Assembly (NCBI GenBank): GCA_021802045.1
Contig: JAKABB010000002.1
Location: 17,681 to 81,680, forward strand
Length of the DNA: 64,000 bases
Origin: a bacterium
GTDB taxonomy: Bacteria > Chloroflexota > Dormibacteria > Aeolococcales > Bog-877
Direction of reading: 5' to 3'
The notes under the pieces were generated by a model. That model did no database searches, was not told the origin of the DNA, and saw nothing but the letters and a program-made list of their open reading frames with translations. Made by a program: the position numbers and the translations under genes. Below are positions 11,271 to 20,860 of the stretch, piece by piece (positions within the stretch are counted from its first letter, which is position 1; each line of letters opens with the position of its first letter).

Positions 11271-11384
11271 GTGAAGGTGCGGGCGTCGGTGAAGCGGATC
11301 TGCGACAAGTGCAAGGTCATCCGCCGCGCCGGCGTGGTGCGGGTCATCTGCGAGAACCCCAAGCACAAGCAGCGTCAGGGATAG
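11271..11384 (+). CDS. rpmJ: 50S ribosomal protein L36 (below ORF-track cutoff)
   Basis: Hand translation: [37 protein letters not shown]. Confidence 0.97.
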   Translation: MKVRASVKRICDKCKVIRRAGVVRVICENPKHKQRQG

Positions 11385-11397
11385 GAGGCCGAAGCGA

Positions 11398-11781
11398 GTG
11401 GCACGAATCGCCGGGGTCGACATCCCCCGCGACAAGCGGGTTGAGATCGCGCTGACCTACATATACGGCATCGGGCTGCACACCAGCCAGCGGGTGCTGC
11501 GGATCGCCAACGTCGACGCCAACATTCGCGTCAGCAACCTCACCGAGGCCCAGGTGGCCCGCCTTCGGGACGTGATCGGCAAGGATCTCGCCGGTCGGGT
11601 CGAGGGTGACCTGCGCCGCCAGGTGGCGCTGAACATCAAGCGGCTGATGGAGATCGGCACCTACCGCGGACTTAGACACCGACGCGGTCTCCCGGTCCGC
11701 GGGCAGCGCACCCGAACCAACGCCCGGGCGCGCCGGGGACCGAAGAAGACCGTTGGTGTGCGACGGAAGAAGGGCAAGTGA
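11398..11781 (+). CDS. rpsM: 30S ribosomal protein S13
   Basis: [33 protein letters not shown]. Confidence 0.98.
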   Translation: MARIAGVDIPRDKRVEIALTYIYGIGLHTSQRVLRIANVDANIRVSNLTEAQVARLRDVIGKDLAGRVEGDLRRQVALNIKRLMEIGTYRGLRHRRGLPVRGQRTRTNARARRGPKKTVGVRRKKGK

Positions 11782-11840
11782 TCGGCGTGGCGCACGCGCT
11801 GGGGATGGCCCGGCGCCCTGCGTGCGCCTCCTAGGGAGCA

Positions 11841-12239
11841 TTGGTGGCGAAGAAGAAGAAGGTTGTCCGGACCCGGCGCCGGGAGCGGAAGAACATCGCG
11901 GTCGGCCAGGCCCACATCCAGGCCACCTTCAACAACACGATCGTGACCCTCACCGACCCCCAGGGCAACGTCATCACCTGGGGGAGCGCAGGAGGGCAGG
12001 GCTTCAAGGGGTCGCGGAAGAGCACGCCCTTTGCCGCCCAGGTGACGGCCGAGGCCACCGCCCGCCGGGCCCAGGAGCACGGCCTGCGCACCGTCGAGGT
12101 CTTCGTGAAGGGGCCGGGCGCGGGGCGCGAGGCGGCGATCCGGTCACTGCAGGCCACCGGGCTGGAGATCAGTGCCATCAGTGACGTCACCCCGATCCCG
12201 CACAACGGCTGCCGGCCACCCAAGCGGCGACGGGTCTAG
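11841..12239 (+). CDS. rpsK: 30S ribosomal protein S11
   Basis: [34 protein letters not shown]. Confidence 0.98.
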   Translation: MVAKKKKVVRTRRRERKNIAVGQAHIQATFNNTIVTLTDPQGNVITWGSAGGQGFKGSRKSTPFAAQVTAEATARRAQEHGLRTVEVFVKGPGAGREAAIRSLQATGLEISAISDVTPIPHNGCRPPKRRRV

Positions 12240-12247
12240 GGGACGTC

Positions 12248-12874
12248 ATGGCTAATGTTCACGAGCCGGTCTGCCGTCTGTGCCGCCGCGAAGGGGTGAA
12301 GCTCTTCCTCAAGGGCGACAAGTGCGTGGGGGAGCGTTGCACCTTCACCAAGCGCAACGCCACCCCGCCGGGTCAGCACGGGCTGGCGCGGCGTCGACGG
12401 GTGAGCGAGTACGGGGTGCAGCTTCGAGCCAAGCAGCGTGCGCGCCGCATCTACGGGGTCCTGGAGGCGCAGTTCCGGATCTACTTCGATGCCGCCGCCC
12501 AGAGCAAGGGCATCACCGGAGTCCTCCTGCTGCAGACCCTTGAGCGGCGCTTGGACAACGTTGTCTACCGGGCGGGCCTGGCCTCGTCGCGCCAGGAGGC
12601 CAGGCAGCTGGTCGGCCACCGGCACTTCAAGGTCAATGGGCGGCCGGTGAACATTCCCAGCTACCAGGTGCGTCCGGGTGAGGTCATCACCGTTCGCGAG
12701 CGGAGCCATCAGTTGGAGCCCTTTCAGCGTGCGGTCGCCGGCAGCCGGTCGGTGCCAGCCTGGCTGGCGGTGATGCCCGAGTCTCTGCGCGTCGACGTGG
12801 TGCGGCAGCCGGAGCGGCAGGAGATGGACACCACCATCGACGAGCAGCTGATCGTCGAGTACTACTCCCGGTAG
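12248..12874 (+). CDS. rpsD: 30S ribosomal protein S4
   Basis: CRLCRREG, PPGQHG, LERRLDNVVYR, LIVEYYSR. Confidence 0.98.
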   Translation: MANVHEPVCRLCRREGVKLFLKGDKCVGERCTFTKRNATPPGQHGLARRRRVSEYGVQLRAKQRARRIYGVLEAQFRIYFDAAAQSKGITGVLLLQTLERRLDNVVYRAGLASSRQEARQLVGHRHFKVNGRPVNIPSYQVRPGEVITVRERSHQLEPFQRAVAGSRSVPAWLAVMPESLRVDVVRQPERQEMDTTIDEQLIVEYYSR

Positions 12875-12918
12875 TGGACGAGCAGCGCGTTCACGCATCC
12901 ATGAGGACCTCCTGACCC

Positions 12919-13890
12919 ATGCTGGATACCCCTGTACTCCCCACAGTCCGCGAGGTCGAGACCTCGCACAATTTCGGCCGCTTCGAGATCGAGCCGCTGG
13001 AGCCTGGCTATGGCACCACGTTGGGCAACTCCCTGCGACGGGTGCTCCTCTCCTCGCTGCCTGGGGCCGCTGTGACGGCGGTGGCGATCGACGGGGTCTC
13101 CCACGAGTTCGCGGTCATACCCCATGTGAAAGAGGATGTCGGCGAGATCCTCCTCAACATCAAGGGGCTGAGCTTGGTCTGCCACGCGCCGGAGGGGGCC
13201 AGGGTCACGCTTGACGTCACCGGACCGCGCCGGGTCACTGCGGCCGATATCGAGCCAACGGCCGACGTGGAGATCATCAACCCCGACCTCTACCTGTGCT
13301 CGATCGACAGCAAGGACGGTCGGCTGCGGATGGAGCTGACGGTGGAGCGTGGCAAGGGCTACGCCACGGCTGAGAAGAACAAGAAAGAGGGGCAGCCCAT
13401 CGGCGTGATGCCGCTGGATGCCATCTTCACCCCGGTGGTGAAGGCCAATTTCCTAATCGAGCGGACCCGGGTCGGGCAGGACACGGACTGGGAGAAGCTC
13501 GGCCTGGAGGTCTGGACCGACGGGACGATCAGTCCGGTGGACGCGGTCAGCCAGGCGGCGAGCTACTACACCTCCCATCTCGAGCTCTTCGTGCGCTTCG
13601 GCGAGAGCCTGGCGCCGGTCGCACCGGTGGGCCGCCCGGGCGCGGACGCTCCCAGCCGCCTCGCCGAGGTCCCGGTTGAGGAGTTGGAGCTCAGCGTTCG
13701 GGCCCTCAACTGCCTTAAGGCCAACGAGATCGGAACGGTCGGACAGCTGATCGGGATGCGCCAGGAGGAGCTCCTGGCTCTGCGCAATTTCGGCTTCAAG
13801 TCCCTGGAGGAGATCAAGGAGAAGCTCGTCGAGCGTGGGTTCGTCGCCGCCGGCGAGGTGGACTCCCTCTTCCAGACCGGGGCGCGGTAG
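12919..13890 (+). CDS. rpoA: DNA-directed RNA polymerase alpha subunit
   Basis: EPLEPGYGTTLGNSLRRVLLSS, LSVRALNCLK, RNFGFKSL. Confidence 0.98.
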   Translation: MLDTPVLPTVREVETSHNFGRFEIEPLEPGYGTTLGNSLRRVLLSSLPGAAVTAVAIDGVSHEFAVIPHVKEDVGEILLNIKGLSLVCHAPEGARVTLDVTGPRRVTAADIEPTADVEIINPDLYLCSIDSKDGRLRMELTVERGKGYATAEKNKKEGQPIGVMPLDAIFTPVVKANFLIERTRVGQDTDWEKLGLEVWTDGTISPVDAVSQAASYYTSHLELFVRFGESLAPVAPVGRPGADAPSRLAEVPVEELELSVRALNCLKANEIGTVGQLIGMRQEELLALRNFGFKSLEEIKEKLVERGFVAAGEVDSLFQTGAR

Positions 13891-13896
13891 GCAGAG

Positions 13897-14250
13897 ATGC
13901 GTCACCGGAAGGCGGGCCGAAAGTTTGGGCGTCCAAGCGACGAGCGTCGGGCCATGACCCGTACTCAGGTCACCCAGTTGCTGGAGTACGGCAGGATCGA
14001 GACCACCGAGGCCCGTGCCAAGGAGTTGCGGCGGTGGGCGGACCGGATCATCACCACCGCCAAGGCGGACGACCTCCACGCCCGGCGCCTGGTCGCCCGG
14101 GTCTTGACCAAGCGAGAGGTCCAGCTCAAGCTGTTCTCCACCCTCATCGCTCGGTACGCAGAACGTCCCGGCGGGTACACCCGGATCATTCCCAAGGGCC
14201 CACGCCACGGGGATGGCGCGCCCATGGTTCTGATGGAGCTGGTGGACTGA
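13897..14250 (+). CDS. rplQ: 50S ribosomal protein L17
   Basis: MRHRK, IETTEARAKE, RPGGYTRI, RHGDGA. Confidence 0.98.
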   Translation: MRHRKAGRKFGRPSDERRAMTRTQVTQLLEYGRIETTEARAKELRRWADRIITTAKADDLHARRLVARVLTKREVQLKLFSTLIARYAERPGGYTRIIPKGPRHGDGAPMVLMELVD

Positions 14251-14252
14251 GA

Positions 14253-15041
14253 GTGGAGTTGGAGCCAGTCGCCTCCTCCGATCAGTACCGCCTTACGCTG
14301 CAGTACGACGGCACCGGCTACGCGGGCTGGCAGGCCCAGCCGGACCGGCCCACGGTGGAGGCGGCGTTGCTGCGTGCCCTCACCCTGGCCACCGGGGAGC
14401 GCCCGCTGCTGGTTGCGGCCGGGCGCACCGATGCTGGAGCCCATGCCCACGGGCAGGTGGTGTCCCTGCGGCTGCGGCGCGCGTGGGACCCGCGCCGGCT
14501 GCAGGCGGCGTGCAACGCCCATCTTCCCGAGGACATCGTCATCCGCCGTGCGGAGCTCGTCCCGGCGGGATTTCATGCCCGCTTCTCCGCTCTGCGGCGC
14601 ACCTATCGCTACCTCGTGGTCACGGACACCGTGCCGGCGGCGGTGGGACGGAACTACGTCTGGCGGGTCCGCGGACCGCTCGACCTCGCCCTGATGCGGG
14701 AGATCGCGCGGGCTTTCGAGGGACGCCACGACCTGCGGGCCTTCGGTCAGAGTCCGCGGCCCGGCGGGTCGACCGAGCGTACCGTGCATTGGGTGCGGAT
14801 CCGTCGGCTGGGGCGACAGGTCTGCTTCGAGGTGTGCGCCGATGCCTTCCTGCGTGGGATGCTGCGCAGCATGGTTGGGGCTTTGGTCGCGGTCGGCGAG
14901 GGGCGCGTCCCCCCATCGGTGGTCCTGGGGTCCCTGCGTCGCCCCGACGTGCCCCGCGTCCCCTGGCCAGTGGCACCGGCCCGGGGCATCCACCAGTGGG
15001 CGGTCGAGTATCAGGACGTCCAGGATGGGAGAACGGCGTGA
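14253..15041 (+). CDS. truA: tRNA pseudouridine(38-40) synthase
   Basis: YDGTGYAGWQ, AGRTDAGAHA, FHARF, FLRGMLR. Confidence 0.95.
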   Translation: MELEPVASSDQYRLTLQYDGTGYAGWQAQPDRPTVEAALLRALTLATGERPLLVAAGRTDAGAHAHGQVVSLRLRRAWDPRRLQAACNAHLPEDIVIRRAELVPAGFHARFSALRRTYRYLVVTDTVPAAVGRNYVWRVRGPLDLALMREIARAFEGRHDLRAFGQSPRPGGSTERTVHWVRIRRLGRQVCFEVCADAFLRGMLRSMVGALVAVGEGRVPPSVVLGSLRRPDVPRVPWPVAPARGIHQWAVEYQDVQDGRTA

Positions 15042-15511
15042 TGGTGAGTAGCGGGCAGCGGACGTACTCGGCGCCGGTCGGCGCGATCGAGCCGCGCTGG
15101 TACCTGGTGGACGCCCGTGGTCAGACCCTGGGCCGGCTGGCCGTGAACATCGCCCGCGTCCTGCGGGGCAAGCATCGCCCCGAGTACACCCCCCACGTCC
15201 TGTGCGGGGACCAGGTGGTGGTCATCAACGCCCGGGAAGTGGTGGTGACCGGTCGCAAGCACTCGCAGAAGATTTATGACCGCTATAGCGGCTATCCCGG
15301 GGGAAGGCGCGAGCGGACGTTCGATCAGCAGATGGAGCGGGATGCGGCGGTGCCGCTGCGGCGGGCGGTGCGGGGCATGCTCCAGCACAACACCCTGGGA
15401 GCGGCGGAGCTGGGGCGACTGCGGGTCTACCCCGGTGCCGAGCACCCCCATGCGGCCCAGGGGCCGACTCCGATCACCTTCGGCGACCACGGGGAGGTCC
15501 TGGCATCGTGA
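15041..15511 (+). CDS. rplM: 50S ribosomal protein L13
   Basis: [33 protein letters not shown]. Confidence 0.97.
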   Translation: MVSSGQRTYSAPVGAIEPRWYLVDARGQTLGRLAVNIARVLRGKHRPEYTPHVLCGDQVVVINAREVVVTGRKHSQKIYDRYSGYPGGRRERTFDQQMERDAAVPLRRAVRGMLQHNTLGAAELGRLRVYPGAEHPHAAQGPTPITFGDHGEVLAS

Positions 15512-15909
15512 CAGACGGCGAGCGCCGCTACGCCTATGGAACCGGCCGTCGCAAGACGGCCATCGCCCGCGTGCGGGTCTACCCCGGGCAGGGAACGATC
15601 TCGATCAACGACCGCGAGCCGCTGCGCCACTTCGGCCGCAGTGACCTGGAGCAGGCGGCCCTGCGCCCGCTCCAGGTCACCCAGACCGCTTCACGTGTCC
15701 ACGTCCTGGTCAAGGTCGAGGGCGGGGGGATCTCCGGTCAGGCTGGGGCCGTGGCACACGGCCTGGCCCGGGCGCTCTGCGTGGTCGACCCCGGCCTCCG
15801 GGGCGTGCTCAAGGCAGCCGGCCTGCTTCGGCGTGATCCCCGCGAGAAGGAGCGCAAGAAGTACGGACTGAAGCGGGCCCGCAAGGCGCCCCAGTACACC
15901 AAGCGCTAG
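15508..15909 (+). CDS. rpsI: 30S ribosomal protein S9
   Basis: [37 protein letters not shown]. Confidence 0.98.
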   Translation: MTDGERRYAYGTGRRKTAIARVRVYPGQGTISINDREPLRHFGRSDLEQAALRPLQVTQTASRVHVLVKVEGGGISGQAGAVAHGLARALCVVDPGLRGVLKAAGLLRRDPREKERKKYGLKRARKAPQYTKR

Positions 15910-16029
15910 GCCGCCCGCAGCCGACGACCCCAAGCTCGAACTCCGGCCCATCTCCGGATGCCGCGTCGGTGCGGTGGCGGACGGTCGCGGCCAGGGGGGC
16001 ACGTATACTGGGGATGGAACTCGGCCGCC

Positions 16030-16986
16030 GTGAGTAGGCAGCAGAACGTCTTGGAACACCGGCTGCGGGGGCGTGACTTTCTGGCTGTCGCCGACCTCAC
16101 GGCCGGCGAGGTGTCCGGTCTGCTCGACCTGGCAATCGCCTATAAGCGAGGGGCCGAGCCCGGCCACCCGCTGGCCGGTCGCTCGGTGGCCATGATCTTC
16201 CTGCGGCCGAGCAACCGGACCCGGGTGTCGTTCGAGGTCGGGATCTCGCGTCTCGGGGGCCACCCAATCGCGCTCTTCGATCGTGAGATCGAGTTGGGGC
16301 GCCGCGAGTCCGTGGCGGACGTGGCCCGCATCCTCGACGGCTTCGTCGATGGCCTGGTGGTGCGGGTGCCGTCGCATCGGGACCTGCTGGGCCTGGCCGA
16401 GCACATGCGCCACCCGGTCATCAACGCCATGACCGACCAGGGCCACCCCTGCCAGATCCTGGCCGACTGCCTCACCGTTCGCGAGCTGCTGGGCGGCCTG
16501 GCGGGCCACCGGGTGACGTTCATCGGGGACGGCAACAACGTCTGCAACTCCTGGATCGAGGGGGCCAACCTCCTGGGCCTCGATCTGCGGGTCGTGACCC
16601 CGGCGGGCCACGAGCCGAGCGCCGCGGTCCTGGGGGCGAGCGAGCGGCTGGGCCCGGGGCGGGTCTCGGTCACCAACAGCCTGGACGAGGGGTTGGAGGC
16701 CACCGAGATCATCTACACCGATGTCTGGACCAGCATGGGCCAGGAGGCCGAGCACGAGCAGCGGCGCGAGGACTTCGGGCCGTACCAGGTGAACGGCGAA
16801 CTCCTGCGCCGGGCACCGGCCGGGGTGCGGGTCCTGCACTGCCTGCCGGCCCATCGGGGGGAGGAGATCACGGACGAGGTCCTGGACGGTCCCCAGGCCG
16901 CCGTCTTCCAGCAGGCGGAGAACCGGCTGTGGGCGCAGCAGGCGCTCTTGGCGGCGCTCTTCGCCCCCGCGGACGCCGCCCCGTGA
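16030..16986 (+). CDS. argF: Ornithine carbamoyltransferase
   Basis: PSNRTRVSFE, HPCQILAD, GDGNN, DVWTSMGQE, HCLP, QAENR; start GTG 16030 or TTG 16051. Confidence 0.9.
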   Translation: MSRQQNVLEHRLRGRDFLAVADLTAGEVSGLLDLAIAYKRGAEPGHPLAGRSVAMIFLRPSNRTRVSFEVGISRLGGHPIALFDREIELGRRESVADVARILDGFVDGLVVRVPSHRDLLGLAEHMRHPVINAMTDQGHPCQILADCLTVRELLGGLAGHRVTFIGDGNNVCNSWIEGANLLGLDLRVVTPAGHEPSAAVLGASERLGPGRVSVTNSLDEGLEATEIIYTDVWTSMGQEAEHEQRREDFGPYQVNGELLRRAPAGVRVLHCLPAHRGEEITDEVLDGPQAAVFQQAENRLWAQQALLAALFAPADAAP

Positions 16987-17858
16987 CCACGCTAGGGGCC
17001 ACCGTCAACGTGGGCCAGGTGCTGCGAGTTCTCCTCCAGACGGTGGGGTGGCGGGACATCGTCGACATCGCGATCGTCACCTTCCTCATCTATCGGCTGC
17101 TGATCCTGATCCGGGGCACCCAGGCCGTGCAGCTGCTCCTGGGGTTGCTGGTCATCGGCGCCCTCGGGGTGGTGGCCGACATCCTGAACTTGCCGGTCCT
17201 CAGCTTCCTGTACCGCAACGGCGGTCAGATCGTGCTGATCGCCGTGATCGTGCTCTTCCAGCCGGAGTTGCGACGCGCGCTGGACCAGATGGGCCGCCTG
17301 GGACGGATCCGCTACGGCCGGCTGCCCCGGAACGGGGTCGAACTCCGGCGCGAGGTCGATGAGCTGGTTCGGGCGGCGGTGCGGCTCAGCGAGCGGAGGG
17401 TGGGGGCCCTCATCGTGCTGCAGGCGAGCAGTGGGCTGGAGGAGGTGTCGATGACCGGGGTCCGGCTGGAGGCGGTGCTGAGCGCGGAAGCCCTGCTCAC
17501 CATCTTCTTCCCCAATTCACCCCTCCACGACGGCGCGGTCGTCGTGCGGGACGGGCGGCTGGTGGCGGCGGGGTGTGTCCTGCCCCTGGCAGACCAGATG
17601 GGGGGCGTGGAGCGCGTGGGTACTCGACACCGGGCTGCGGTCGGGCTGAGCCAGACCACGGATGCGGCGATCCTGGTGATCTCTGAGGAGACCGGGCAGA
17701 TCAGCGTGGCCCAGGGCGGCACCCTCGTCCGCGGGCTCGACGCGCCCGCGCTGGCGACGACCCTGGGCCGGCTCTTGGGGCTGCCGCTCGCCGAGGGCTC
17801 GCACCGCGCACTGCGGATCCGGCCTCGCCCCCGGGCCACGCCCGTCGAGCGCTCCTGA
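16983..17858 (+). CDS. cdaA: Diadenylate cyclase CdaA (DacA)
   Basis: Three N-terminal TM helices, FQPELRRAL, SPLHDGA, GTRHRAA, SEETG. Confidence 0.95.
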   Translation: MTTLGATVNVGQVLRVLLQTVGWRDIVDIAIVTFLIYRLLILIRGTQAVQLLLGLLVIGALGVVADILNLPVLSFLYRNGGQIVLIAVIVLFQPELRRALDQMGRLGRIRYGRLPRNGVELRREVDELVRAAVRLSERRVGALIVLQASSGLEEVSMTGVRLEAVLSAEALLTIFFPNSPLHDGAVVVRDGRLVAAGCVLPLADQMGGVERVGTRHRAAVGLSQTTDAAILVISEETGQISVAQGGTLVRGLDAPALATTLGRLLGLPLAEGSHRALRIRPRPRATPVERS

Positions 17859-17866
17859 GGGCTGGC

Positions 17867-18850
17867 GTGGGTCTCCTGGCCGGCACCTTCCGCCTCAAAC
17901 TGATCGCCCTGGGCGTGGCGCTGGGGATGTGGGTGGCCGTGGTCTACGTCCCCAACCCCCCGGAGATCCGGACGGTGGACGTCCCGGTGACCACCTCGCT
18001 GCTTCGCGCCAACCTGGTGCTGCTCCACCCGGTCGGGCGTCTGCCGGTCAAGGTCGCCGGCCTGGCCGCGAACGTGGCCTCCCGGCGCGTGGGCCAGCAG
18101 CTGACCGCCTCGCTCGACCTCCACGCCATCCGGCGGGCGGGCGTGTACAACCTGCCGGTGCGCGTGGTGAACACGGATCCCAACGTCGCCATCTGGTCGC
18201 ACCCGCCCCGCGTCACCGTGGTGGTGGACCAGTTGGCCGAGGTGCATCTGCCGGTGCACGTGACGGTGACCCACTCGCCCCCACCCGGCTACGTCTTCGA
18301 CGGCGCCAAGACGAGCACCAGCCCGGCCGCTGCGACTGTCAGCGGCCCCGCCACCCTCCTTGGGGGGCTGAGCGCCAGCATCAACGCCGACCTCTCCAAG
18401 CTGCGGGCCACGACGACCGAGAGCCTGGCGGTCATCCTGACCCGTGACGGCCGGCCGGCCAAGGGCTTCACGGTGGTCCCCACCTTCGTCAGCGTGCAGC
18501 TGGTGATCGCCTCCCGGACCACGCCGCGGACGGTGGCCGTGACCCTGGGAACGATCGGCCCGCCACCCACCGGCTACCAGATCGTGTCGGTGCAGTACGC
18601 CCCGCTGACGGTGATCGCCACCGGTACCCCGGCCGCGCTCAACGGCCTGACCGGCCTCGTCACCGGGTCGCTCTCGCTGGCCGGGGCCACCGGCACCTTC
18701 ACGGAGACGGTCCGCCTGGTGATCCCCACGGACATCTCGGTCTCCCGGCAGCTGGTCAGTGTCACCTTCACCCTGAAGAAGATCCCCATCCCCAAGGCGA
18801 CGCGGACGCCGACGCCGACGCCTTCGCCTTCGCCCTCGGTCTCGCCGTAG
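17867..18850 (+). CDS. cdaR: CdaR/YbbR-like regulator of diadenylate cyclase
   Basis: N-terminal TM (LKLIALGVALGMWVAV), repeated beta-rich YbbR-like modules (PPPGY, VSGP); directly after cdaA. Confidence 0.85.
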   Translation: MGLLAGTFRLKLIALGVALGMWVAVVYVPNPPEIRTVDVPVTTSLLRANLVLLHPVGRLPVKVAGLAANVASRRVGQQLTASLDLHAIRRAGVYNLPVRVVNTDPNVAIWSHPPRVTVVVDQLAEVHLPVHVTVTHSPPPGYVFDGAKTSTSPAAATVSGPATLLGGLSASINADLSKLRATTTESLAVILTRDGRPAKGFTVVPTFVSVQLVIASRTTPRTVAVTLGTIGPPPTGYQIVSVQYAPLTVIATGTPAALNGLTGLVTGSLSLAGATGTFTETVRLVIPTDISVSRQLVSVTFTLKKIPIPKATRTPTPTPSPSPSVSP

Positions 18851-19026
18851 CGCGGCCGCCGTAGGGGGCGGCAGCCGGGGGCGGCGCCGCCCTGTACCCT
18901 CTAGGGGCGCGGCGCCAGCGGACTCGCCCGGGGCCGGGAGCGGCTCCTCCCCCCTCGCGGCCCCGGGCGGGCCACACCGGGTCGGGCGCCGGAGAGGTCA
19001 GCGGCAGCTGCTGAGGAGCACCGGAC

Positions 19027-20859
19027 ATGTGCGGCATCATCGGGTACCTGGGACCGCAGGCCGCCGAGCCGATCCTGCTGGAGAGCCTGCGGCGGCTGGA
19101 GTACCGCGGCTACGACTCCGCGGGCATCGCGGTCCTGGACCGGCAGGGGGCGCCAACCTCGGTCAAGTGCGAGGGCAAGGTGGCGGCCCTGCTGGAGCGG
19201 CTCGAGGGCCGTTCCCTGCCCGGCCAGGTGGGCATGGGTCACACCCGCTGGGCCACCCACGGGCGACCGAGCGAGATCAATGCCCACCCGCACACGGACT
19301 GCGACGGACGGTTCTACGTCATCCACAACGGGATCATCGAGAACTTCCAGGAGCTGCGCGAGGAGCTGCTGGCGGCGGGGCATCGCTTCCTGTCCGAAGG
19401 CGACACCGAGGTCATCCCGCACCTGATCGAGCAGGCCTATGCCGGGGACCTGGTCGACGCCACCCGGACCGCCCTCCGCCGTCTCCGGGGTGCGTTCGCG
19501 GTGGTGGTCCTGGGATCGACCGATCCCGACACCCTGATCGGGGCCCGACTCAACGCGCCGCTGGTGGTCGGGGTGGGGGAGCGGGAGTGGTTCCTGTGCT
19601 CCGACATCCCGGCCATCCTGCCCTACACCCGCCAGGTCCTGGTCCTGGGGGAGGGCGAGATGGCCGTCATCAGTCCGGTGGGCCCGGTGGTCAGCACCAT
19701 CGCCGATGGCGCCGAGGTCGAGCCCCGGGTCATCCGGGTCGAGTGGGACGTGCTGGCGGCCCAGAAGGGCGGGTACCCCACTTTCATGCGCAAGGAGATG
19801 GACGAGCAGCCCGCCGCGGTGGAGAACGCCCTCCGGGGCCGGCTGCTGGACAGCGGGGAGGTCCGCTTCCCCGACTGGGATCCACCCCCGGCGGTGGCCG
19901 CCGGTTGGACTCGCGTTCGCATCGTGGGCGCGGGCTCCGCCTACTACGCGGGCCTGGTCGCCAAGTACGCCATCGAGGAGTTGTCCGGGATCCCGGTGGA
20001 GGTGGAGACCGCCTCGGAGTTCCGCTACCGGCCGACGGTGGTGGACGCCCGCACCCTGACCGTGGCGATCTCACAGTCCGGCGAGACGGCGGACACCCTG
20101 GCGGCGGCGCGCGAGTCGCGCGCGCGCGGGAGCCATGTCGTGGCCCTGACCAACGTCGTGGCCAGCTCCTTGGCCCTAGAGGCTGACGGCGTCGTCAATC
20201 TCCACGCCGGACCGGAGATCGGCGTGGTGGCCACCAAGACGTTCGTCACCCAGGCCGCCTGCGGGATCCTGCTGGGGCTGCACCTGGCGGGGCGCGCCAA
20301 GTCCCTGGACCGCCCAGCCGCCCGGGCGGTGGTCGCCGGCCTGCGGGCCGTGGCCCCGGCCCAGCGGCTGGTGCTGGCGGGCGCCGAGCGTCTGGCCGTC
20401 CTCGGCGGCGTCATCGCCGACCACCCGGCGGTGCTGTTCATCGGCCGCGGGATCAACTATCCGACGGCCCTGGAGGGCGCCCTCAAGCTGAAGGAGATCT
20501 CCTACCAGCACGCGGAGGGCTACCCGGCCGGCGAGTTGAAGCACGGGCCGATCGCGCTCCTGGACCGCAGCATGCCGGTGGTGGCCTTTGCCACGGCCGG
20601 GCGGACCAGGGACAAGATGCGCAGCAACATCGAGCAGGTGCGGGCCCGACAGAGCCCGGTCATCGCCATCGTCAGTGCCGGCGACGACAGTCTGCGGGGC
20701 GTGGCCACCGAGCTGATCTCGGTCCCAGAGGTGCCCGAGCTGGTGTCGCCCATGGTCAACGTCGTTGTGGCCCAGCTCCTGGCCTACCATGCGGCCCTGG
20801 TGCGCGGTTGCGACGTCGACCAGCCCCGCAACCTGGCCAAGTCGGTCACCGTCGAGTGA
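19027..20859 (+). CDS. glmS: Glutamine-fructose-6-phosphate transaminase
   Basis: MCGIIG, LEYRGYDSAG, HTRWATHG, SQSGET, ELKHGP, PRNLAKSVTVE. Confidence 0.99.
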   Translation: MCGIIGYLGPQAAEPILLESLRRLEYRGYDSAGIAVLDRQGAPTSVKCEGKVAALLERLEGRSLPGQVGMGHTRWATHGRPSEINAHPHTDCDGRFYVIHNGIIENFQELREELLAAGHRFLSEGDTEVIPHLIEQAYAGDLVDATRTALRRLRGAFAVVVLGSTDPDTLIGARLNAPLVVGVGEREWFLCSDIPAILPYTRQVLVLGEGEMAVISPVGPVVSTIADGAEVEPRVIRVEWDVLAAQKGGYPTFMRKEMDEQPAAVENALRGRLLDSGEVRFPDWDPPPAVAAGWTRVRIVGAGSAYYAGLVAKYAIEELSGIPVEVETASEFRYRPTVVDARTLTVAISQSGETADTLAAARESRARGSHVVALTNVVASSLALEADGVVNLHAGPEIGVVATKTFVTQAACGILLGLHLAGRAKSLDRPAARAVVAGLRAVAPAQRLVLAGAERLAVLGGVIADHPAVLFIGRGINYPTALEGALKLKEISYQHAEGYPAGELKHGPIALLDRSMPVVAFATAGRTRDKMRSNIEQVRARQSPVIAIVSAGDDSLRGVATELISVPEVPELVSPMVNVVVAQLLAYHAALVRGCDVDQPRNLAKSVTVE

Positions 20860-20860
20860 C

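Noticed and set aside
16014..16037. Tiny ORF MELGRRE with tandem Arg codons before argF
   Set aside because: ATG lies only 4 nt from the TATACT box with no proper SD, and Arg codons are common by chance at this GC
18800..18847. Hexamer repeats at the cdaR 3' end
   Set aside because: Simply encode a TPTPTPSPSPS tail
18905..19020. Canonical glmS ribozyme
   Set aside because: Conserved core (GACGAGG and downstream pseudoknot) not found; kept only as an unexplained structured leader
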